The position numbers and the translations under genes are program-made. Below the pieces are notes generated by a model. That model saw only the letters and a list, made by a program, of their open reading frames with translations. It made no database searches and was not told the DNA's origin. A stretch of 64,000 nt of DNA from an uncultured bacterium (GTDB taxonomy: Bacteria > Bacteroidota > Rhodothermia > Rhodothermales > UBA10348). The stretch spans positions 10,147 through 74,146 of the forward strand of contig CALIKL010000009.1 of the NCBI GenBank assembly GCA_938018055.1, in the 5' to 3' direction. Below, one piece after another: positions 57,865-64,000 of the stretch (the first letter of the stretch is position 1; each line of letters begins with the position of its first letter).

Positions 57865-59997
57865 TCAGGCCGCTTCCGGTCGGAATTGACGGGCCACTAC
57901 CATTTCGGCGAGCAAAAAAATCAACGCGAGGCCCAAAAAGACGTTCCAGAGTTCGACCCCGGTCCGAGCTGCTCGTACCTGCTGCTCAAGCGGCTGCTCC
58001 GCATTCAAGCCCACGTTCACGACGCCTGTCTCCGCACCTGTAATCTCCCGGATGTGCGGTTCGAGGGAGGCCGGATCAGAAAGCGTGAGATCGGATTCAG
58101 CGGCAGGAGGATGAACAATCACTTTCCGAACAAGCTGACCTGCACCAAGCACGTCGTACGTTCCGGGAATCAAGAATGGACCATCCAGCGAAACCACATG
58201 TCCCCCGAAGACCTCTCGCTGGTCTGGAATGAAGCTTTCTCCGTCAGCATTTTCCAGCCTGATTTCCACACCGGCATCCAGTCCCTGAATCAGTAGTTGC
58301 AACGACGAACCCGCCTCCATATCGTCTCCGGCTACCGAGCCACCGGAGGAGAGATAGACCAATGACCGATAGAGCATGGGAAGGAATAATCCCCGCACCG
58401 GGAAGTCGCTCCAAATAGCTCCGGCATCTACGGCATAGAACAGCATGGACCCTTTGCCGGAACGGATTTCCTGCAAGAACGGACGCCCACCACTGAGCCC
58501 GATGATGACTTGTTCATTGCCAGGTCCAGCACGGTAATCTGCCGAACGAAAAATGGTCGGCTGCTCCAACGCGGGTGCGCCTCCGCCGGGCTGTGGTTCA
58601 AACATGCCCTCGAAGAGTGGGTGGTCTGTATCGACACGATCGAATGAGCCCACGGTGAAAGAAGCGCTTACGGCTTCATCAGAAGCTTCAACTTCTCCCA
58701 TTACCTCACCGGCATTCAGGTCGGAGAAGAGCGCATTGTAGTCTTCCCACTGCATACCCTCGCCCGCAAAAACCAGCACGCCACCACCGCCCTCCAGATA
58801 CTGGCGGAGTAGGGCACGCTCACCTGAGGAAAGCGACTGCACTCCGGCCAAGACGACGCCGTCAAAGGTCCCCAACGACGTGGACGCCAGAGCCGACTCG
58901 AGGATCTCCTGGGTCACGAACCGCGCACTACCGGTCGACAACTCTGACGACAGAGCCAAACGGAGGTAGCGCGTGTCGGAAGCTGCACCGCGAACGACTA
59001 GGAGCGAGCGTTCTTCCGGGACATGCAGGGTAAAAGAGCGCTGGTTATCGAACAGATACTGATTGTCCTCGATCTGAACGATGCCAGAAAGCCATCCGCG
59101 GCTTCTTGGTGTTGCTATCAGGAGCGCTGTTGCTCGACTATCTGCACCGATATCAACCGTAGCCTGCGCAACTCGCTCACCTTCAAGGATCAGCGAAACG
59201 ACCAATCCTCGAACGTCTTCGGACCCGTGATTCGTGACAGTGGCTTCGATGCGGGCAGGTTCTCCCTCAGAGATGATCTGGCTGACGAGACGAACTCCGG
59301 AAACCGAAATGTTTCCACGCCCGTCTGTTCCGACCGGCATCAACAGGACACGCGTACCCTCAGGCAGCGAGACAGCCACACTGTCCGACACCGTGCTCTC
59401 CTGAAAGTCTGAAATGACAAAGACGTCTCTATTCGGAGTCGGACGCTCGGCAAGCCGTTCCCCTGCCCGGGCAATAGCCTCGGTCAACGTCTCCGAACCA
59501 GAACCTGTCTGCAGGTCTTCCAGTGCGGCCAATGCAGAGGCGGCGTTCTGATGATATTCAGGAGCATCGCCGTCGGCGGGAACCGGTAAGAGCAATACTT
59601 CATCTCCCGATGCCATGTCCTCGAGCAACGCCTCGACAAGGGTCTGTACCTGATCCCGATAGGAGCCACTACCGTCTCGCAGGGTCATCGAAGGCGAACG
59701 ATCGACAACAAGGGCCATGGTCGTTTTACCGGAGCCCCCCAGCGTACCGGCGAGCGGGCCTGTCATGGTTGGGCGTGCGAACGCAATAACCAGACTGGCA
59801 ATGGCCAACGTGCGAAGCGCCAAGAGCAGCCACTGCTTGACACGAACCCGCTGCATGGTGCTCTTTTTGAGCTCATGAAGAAAGGCCAACGAACTGAAAT
59901 CCACACGGCGCGGACGCCTGAAATTGAACAGGTGGATGATCAGCGGAATGGCCGCTGCCGCAAGCCCGAACAACAACAGCGGATTTAGAAACGACAT
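57865..59997 (-). CDS. BatA-like N-terminal double-TM domain protein with large periplasmic/vWA-like region and C-terminal TM anchor
   Basis: MSFLNPLLLFGLAAAAIPLIIHLFNFRRPRRVDFSSL...LLLALRTLAIASLVIAFARP is the aerotolerance BatA N-terminal (TIGR02226-type) signature. C-terminal helix VFLGLALIFLLAEMVVA. The start was trimmed to ATG 59997; the track ORF reaches 60234. Confidence 0.75.
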   Translation of the reverse strand: MSFLNPLLLFGLAAAAIPLIIHLFNFRRPRRVDFSSLAFLHELKKSTMQRVRVKQWLLLALRTLAIASLVIAFARPTMTGPLAGTLGGSGKTTMALVVDRSPSMTLRDGSGSYRDQVQTLVEALLEDMASGDEVLLLPVPADGDAPEYHQNAASALAALEDLQTGSGSETLTEAIARAGERLAERPTPNRDVFVISDFQESTVSDSVAVSLPEGTRVLLMPVGTDGRGNISVSGVRLVSQIISEGEPARIEATVTNHGSEDVRGLVVSLILEGERVAQATVDIGADSRATALLIATPRSRGWLSGIVQIEDNQYLFDNQRSFTLHVPEERSLLVVRGAASDTRYLRLALSSELSTGSARFVTQEILESALASTSLGTFDGVVLAGVQSLSSGERALLRQYLEGGGGVLVFAGEGMQWEDYNALFSDLNAGEVMGEVEASDEAVSASFTVGSFDRVDTDHPLFEGMFEPQPGGGAPALEQPTIFRSADYRAGPGNEQVIIGLSGGRPFLQEIRSGKGSMLFYAVDAGAIWSDFPVRGLFLPMLYRSLVYLSSGGSVAGDDMEAGSSLQLLIQGLDAGVEIRLENADGESFIPDQREVFGGHVVSLDGPFLIPGTYDVLGAGQLVRKVIVHPPAAESDLTLSDPASLEPHIREITGAETGVVNVGLNAEQPLEQQVRAARTGVELWNVFLGLALIFLLAEMVVARQFRPEAA

Positions 59998-60171
59998 GCG
60001 AAATGGGGAACGGAATCGAGCGAATAAGCCGCACTCCCTCCTGGAGTACTGGCAAGGCAAACCTAACCGGAAGGCTGGGTGCCAGTTCCTCCAAGAGAAG
60101 GAGCAGCCCACGTCGCTTTCCAGATTTTCCATGGGACCTACGGCATCCTTCCAGCAATTGATGCGTTGCCA

Positions 60172-63123
60172 ATGTTTGCCCTTTCCATCATTTCCGTCTG
60201 CGCTCGAACGTCCGTGTCCACTTCTTCCCCACAATCTGCATCTTCGTCTGATGGTCCTCCCGTTGACGCATCTGCATCAGTGGATAACGGGCGCAGATCA
60301 GAAGCGGAACGAACGCGCTCCATTGTCCTTCGCGGAGCACGGCAGCATAATCTCAAAGGGGTCGATCTGGACCTTCCGAGGGGTCGCCTGATCGTCTTCA
60401 CCGGGCCGTCCGGGTCGGGTAAATCATCGCTCGCCTTCGACACGATCTATGCAGAAGGGCAGCGCCGCTATGTAGAAAGCCTGAGCGCCTATGCCCGGCA
60501 GTTCCTCGAGCGCATGGACAAACCGGATGTGGATCTCATCTCCGGCCTTGCGCCCGCGATTGCCATTGAGCAAAAGACCGTGTCCAAGAACCCACGGTCC
60601 ACGGTGGCCACGCAGACCGAGATCTACGATCACCTGCGCCTTCTTTACGCGCGCATCGGAACGACCTATTCACCGATCTCGGGCAAGGAAGTCACACGGG
60701 ACTCACCACGATCCGTGGCTCGCACGCTGATGACGGATCTCGACGATGGAACGCGGTTTTACCTGTGCTTCCCGTTCCCGAAGCACCGAAAGGCGCCCAT
60801 GGAACGCGAAATCAAGGTCCTCAAACAGCGTGGATTCTTCCGGCTGATTGCCTTGCCAACGGAAAAACAGCGCGAGAAGGGCAAGACCGAAACATTGATC
60901 GACCTCAATGAGGTGGATGCCGATGGAGTCCGGGTCGCGCGTGAGCGACTACTGGTCCTGGTGGATCGATTGGCAGCCCGGCCCGGTGACGAAGCAATGG
61001 AATCCCGCGTTGCAGACTCGGTGGAACAGGCCTTTGATGAGGGAGGCGGCTACGTTCATGCCGTGCTGGCCGGGGATGGGACCGAGCATACCTTTTCGCG
61101 TTTCTTCGAGGAAGATGGCATTCGGTTTGAAGAGCCCTCAGCCCACCTTTTCTCATTCAACTCCCCGCTCGGCGCCTGCCCCACATGTCAGGGATTTGGA
61201 CGCACAGCCGGTATCGATCCGGACCTGGTAGTCCCTGATCCTGAATTATCGATCAGACAGGGAGCCATCGCCCCATTTCGCGGCGACTCATGGAGCCGCT
61301 ATTTCCGCGATCTGATTCGGGTGGCTGCAGACGAGAAGATCAATATCGACATCCCGTTCAGCCAGCTCGATGAGCAATCCTTGGAAATCATCTGGGAGGG
61401 CAAGGCGGATTATGCTGGCATTTATGGTCTCTTCCGCTACCTCGAGAAGAAGAACTACAAGATGCATTTCCGCATCTTCCATGCACGCTTCCGCGGGTAT
61501 TCATCTTGTGCCGCGTGCCACGGCACGCGGCTTCGCAAGGAAGCCTCCTATGTGCGTATTGCCGATCAAACCATTGGCGACATCGGGCAGCTGACTACGG
61601 CCGAGGCGCGGCAGTTTTTTGACGAGCTGGAGCTGGATGAACACAAGGCCGAAGTGGCTGACCGCCTCATCGAGGAAATCCGCAAACGACTGCGCTACCT
61701 GGTCGAGGTGGGTCTGGATTATTTGACGCTGGACCGACTCAGCCAGACGCTATCAGGCGGTGAAAGTCAGCGTATTCATCTGGCAACTTCGCTCGGTTCA
61801 TCGCTCGTGGGAAGCATGTACGTGTTGGATGAACCATCCATTGGATTGCATCCACGCGACACAAGCCGCCTGATTGGCATCCTCGAGCATCTTCGTGACA
61901 TTGGCAATACGGTAATGGTCGTCGAGCACGAGGAGGCCATGATGCGTGCTGCCGACCACATCGTGGATATGGGGCCTGGTGCGGGCCGTCACGGAGGCCA
62001 GGTTGTCAGCCAAGGACCGCTGGAGTACTTGCTGAAGGATCCGCAGTCCCTCACCGGAGCCTACTTGTCGGGACGCAAGCAAATTGCCATTCCCGCCAAG
62101 CGCCGTCCGGTGGACCCCGATATGGTGATCCGGGTCGAAGGCGCGCGCCAGCACAACCTGAAGAATCTGGATGTGGCTTTCCCACTGGGTGTATTCGCCT
62201 GCGTGACTGGCGTGAGTGGGTCGGGCAAATCCACCTTAGTCCAGGATACCCTGTATCAAGGACTGGCCAAATTGAAGGGGTCGCACTCTGGCGATGCAAA
62301 AGTCGGGCGACACACCGCTATCCGCGGCCACCGCCTCATAGATGCCGTCGAGCTGGTCGATCAGTCACCCATCGGACGATCCCCGCGCTCGAATCCAGCT
62401 ACCTACGTAAAGGCTTTCGACGTCATTCGGAAGCTGTTTGCAGAGACCTATCAGGCTCGTATCCGGGGTTTGAAGCCGGGATACTTCTCATTCAACGTCC
62501 CCGGAGGGCGATGTGAGACGTGCCAGGGCGAAGGCGTCGTTACCATCGAAATGCAGTTTCTGGCTGACCTCTATCTGGAATGTGAAGCCTGTAAAGGCAT
62601 GCGCTACAAGCAGGATGTGCTTGAAATCCACTACCAGGGCAAGAGTATTGCTCAGGTTCTGGCCATGACCGTCGATGAAGCGGTTGAGTTTTTTTCTGCA
62701 GAGAAAGCCTTGATCCGGAAGCTGCGGGTTCTGCAAGATATCGGCCTCGGGTACCTGAGCCTCGGACAGCCCTCAAACACGCTTTCCGGAGGCGAGGCCC
62801 AGCGCATCAAGCTGGCAGCCCATTTGAGCAAGACAAGTCGGGACCGGACGCTCTACATCTTTGATGAGCCCACGACCGGACTACACTTTGATGACATCCA
62901 AAAGCTGCTCGGCGCTTTCGATGCTTTGGTTGAAAACGGCCACTCTGTACTGGTCGTCGAGCACAACCTGGATGTGATCAAGGCCGCGGACTGGGTCATG
63001 GACCTCGGACCAGAGGGAGGTGTCAGAGGCGGATTCGTCGTCGCCGAGGGCACGCCGGAAGCAGTAGCTGCCGTAGAGGCAAGCCACACCGGCCGATTTC
63101 TGCACAAGCTCCTCAAAGCCTGA
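60172..63123 (+). CDS. uvrA: Excinuclease ABC subunit A
   Basis: [61 protein letters not shown], zinc-finger cysteines ([16 protein letters not shown]) and two ABC signatures ([18 protein letters not shown]). The start is ambiguous: ATG 60172 gives a roughly 50-aa Ser-rich extension, and GTG 60280 is an alternative. Confidence 0.95.
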   Translation: MFALSIISVCARTSVSTSSPQSASSSDGPPVDASASVDNGRRSEAERTRSIVLRGARQHNLKGVDLDLPRGRLIVFTGPSGSGKSSLAFDTIYAEGQRRYVESLSAYARQFLERMDKPDVDLISGLAPAIAIEQKTVSKNPRSTVATQTEIYDHLRLLYARIGTTYSPISGKEVTRDSPRSVARTLMTDLDDGTRFYLCFPFPKHRKAPMEREIKVLKQRGFFRLIALPTEKQREKGKTETLIDLNEVDADGVRVARERLLVLVDRLAARPGDEAMESRVADSVEQAFDEGGGYVHAVLAGDGTEHTFSRFFEEDGIRFEEPSAHLFSFNSPLGACPTCQGFGRTAGIDPDLVVPDPELSIRQGAIAPFRGDSWSRYFRDLIRVAADEKINIDIPFSQLDEQSLEIIWEGKADYAGIYGLFRYLEKKNYKMHFRIFHARFRGYSSCAACHGTRLRKEASYVRIADQTIGDIGQLTTAEARQFFDELELDEHKAEVADRLIEEIRKRLRYLVEVGLDYLTLDRLSQTLSGGESQRIHLATSLGSSLVGSMYVLDEPSIGLHPRDTSRLIGILEHLRDIGNTVMVVEHEEAMMRAADHIVDMGPGAGRHGGQVVSQGPLEYLLKDPQSLTGAYLSGRKQIAIPAKRRPVDPDMVIRVEGARQHNLKNLDVAFPLGVFACVTGVSGSGKSTLVQDTLYQGLAKLKGSHSGDAKVGRHTAIRGHRLIDAVELVDQSPIGRSPRSNPATYVKAFDVIRKLFAETYQARIRGLKPGYFSFNVPGGRCETCQGEGVVTIEMQFLADLYLECEACKGMRYKQDVLEIHYQGKSIAQVLAMTVDEAVEFFSAEKALIRKLRVLQDIGLGYLSLGQPSNTLSGGEAQRIKLAAHLSKTSRDRTLYIFDEPTTGLHFDDIQKLLGAFDALVENGHSVLVVEHNLDVIKAADWVMDLGPEGGVRGGFVVAEGTPEAVAAVEASHTGRFLHKLLKA

Positions 63124-63128
63124 GTCGG

Positions 63129-63863
63129 TCAGCGACCCGGCTTGAGCATCACGTTGTCAAAATCTGAGATGGCCGTGGATTCGGTGTTGTCCGAATCGGC
63201 CCATAGACGCAATCGCAGCGGCCTGCGGGGTGGATCCTCACCAAAGAGATCGCGGTAATCCTGAACCACGTCGCGCTCCACCCTCTGCCAGTTTCCCACG
63301 CCATCGCGAGCACTGGCTGCGACGACGACTTTCAGCTTTCCGTACGATGCAATCGTACCGACGGGCAGGGTCGAGCTGTACACATACTTGATGATCGTGG
63401 GTCGCCTGATCAGGGTACCCTCAATAGAGAACATGATGTACATCCCTGCTGCGGAATCATTGAGCCGCTCCTTGTCTTCGCGTGCACCTTCTGGTAGTTC
63501 GACGGCCCGCCAATCCCAGGACAGGACCGGGTGCGTACGCGTGTCCCAGTCAAAGTCTGGTCCATTCTCCATGTTCACATGAACAGCCTCTGCCTGCGCA
63601 AAGGCCCGAACAAATTGATTCCCGTCTTCCGATTGAACGTCCACGCGTTCACGCTCATTGAAGAACGCCTCTGTCAACGGGACCAAACGTCCTTTGTACT
63701 GCGCATTCCATCGGGTAGGAAGAGCATCTACTGCGTACGATTCAAAATCATCGATCAGAATTGCTTCAATATCCTGTCCCTTCGCTGGCGCAAGCGCAGC
63801 GGCACTCAACACGATCCAGATGATCGCGCCAGCCATTAAGGGAATACGATGGATGAGAGTCAT
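63129..63863 (-). CDS. DUF3047 domain-containing secreted protein
   Basis: Signal peptide MTLIHRIPLMAGAIIWIVLSAAALAPAKG. VLSWDWRAVELPEGAREDKERLNDSAAGMYIMF and RLRLWADSDNTESTAISDFDNVML match the DUF3047 pattern. The start was trimmed from 63989 to ATG 63863. Confidence 0.7.
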   Translation of the reverse strand: MTLIHRIPLMAGAIIWIVLSAAALAPAKGQDIEAILIDDFESYAVDALPTRWNAQYKGRLVPLTEAFFNERERVDVQSEDGNQFVRAFAQAEAVHVNMENGPDFDWDTRTHPVLSWDWRAVELPEGAREDKERLNDSAAGMYIMFSIEGTLIRRPTIIKYVYSSTLPVGTIASYGKLKVVVAASARDGVGNWQRVERDVVQDYRDLFGEDPPRRPLRLRLWADSDNTESTAISDFDNVMLKPGR

Positions 63864-64000
63864 ACACAGATAGCCGTATCCAAACCGGCCAAAGCAACAC
63901 GTGTTGGGATGGGTGTAATTTGGGATGGTTACAGTCGAGTCGTAGGCTAACGAACCTTCTGAGCGGTTCGTTCGCCATTTTTCCTGCAAACGGTGTGCCC

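Noticed and set aside
59998-60234. N-terminal extension of the BatA-like ORF and the 60079 start of the uvrA ORF
   Set aside because: The BatA signature begins exactly at MSFLNPLLLFGL (ATG 59997). The two longest ORFs would overlap each other divergently across what should be the shared promoter region.

Overview
GC-rich chromosomal window from a Bacteroidota/Rhodothermota-like bacterium. Supporting signs are two T9SS-type C-terminal sorting domains, CarboxypepD_reg-type TonB-dependent receptors and a dcw cluster without murF or ddl. I found no rRNA, tRNA, CRISPR array, transposase or integrase. Gene content left to right: (1) a sugar-oxidation and beta-glucan neighbourhood, with a partial PQQ sugar dehydrogenase, a GH16 lipoprotein, a TIM-barrel isomerase and a Gfo/Idh/MocA oxidoreductase. 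(2) An OmpR-type two-component pair and a YhhQ-type transporter. (3) Two secreted FG-GAP/VCBS repeat proteins. (4) ilvE. (5) Two tandem paralogous modules, each a TonB-dependent receptor plus a DUF4249-like lipoprotein. (6) A small membrane-anchored protein with a histidine-triad motif, a GNAT and a secreted M1 aminopeptidase. (7) A cobalamin-riboswitch-controlled operon: BtuB-like receptor, seven-bladed lipoprotein and Bfd-like [2Fe-2S] protein. (8) TolC plus an orphan MlaC-like protein. (9) A GT8-like protein and a membrane protein with a GH-like ectodomain. (10) A complete minus-strand dcw cluster: mraZ-rsmH-ftsL-ftsI-murE-mraY-murD-ftsW-murG-murC-ftsQ-ftsA-ftsZ. (11) A triple DUF4177-repeat protein, pyrG, a GT2-GT4-methyltransferase trio, gyrB, a CBS protein, hflX, a BatA-like protein, uvrA and a DUF3047 protein. 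I did not find a clearly novel multi-gene system. The observations most worth follow-up are these. The mraZ upstream region has a GTGGGGA-box dyad next to a promoter-like element, plus three exact 21-bp-phased repeats that include a perfect DnaA-box nonamer. hflX has a conserved N-terminus that lies upstream of any canonical start codon, in frame with the preceding membrane-protein gene across a single TGA. The B12 locus has a terminator-like hairpin that encloses the btuB start codon. FtsL has a long basic disordered tail. A structured, terminator-capped region follows ftsZ. The receptor/DUF4249 module is duplicated. All family assignments come from motif recognition by eye and need HMM or covariance-model confirmation. 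The track's longest-ORF starts (which include GTG/TTG) were trimmed where signal peptides or conserved N-termini indicated a later start.
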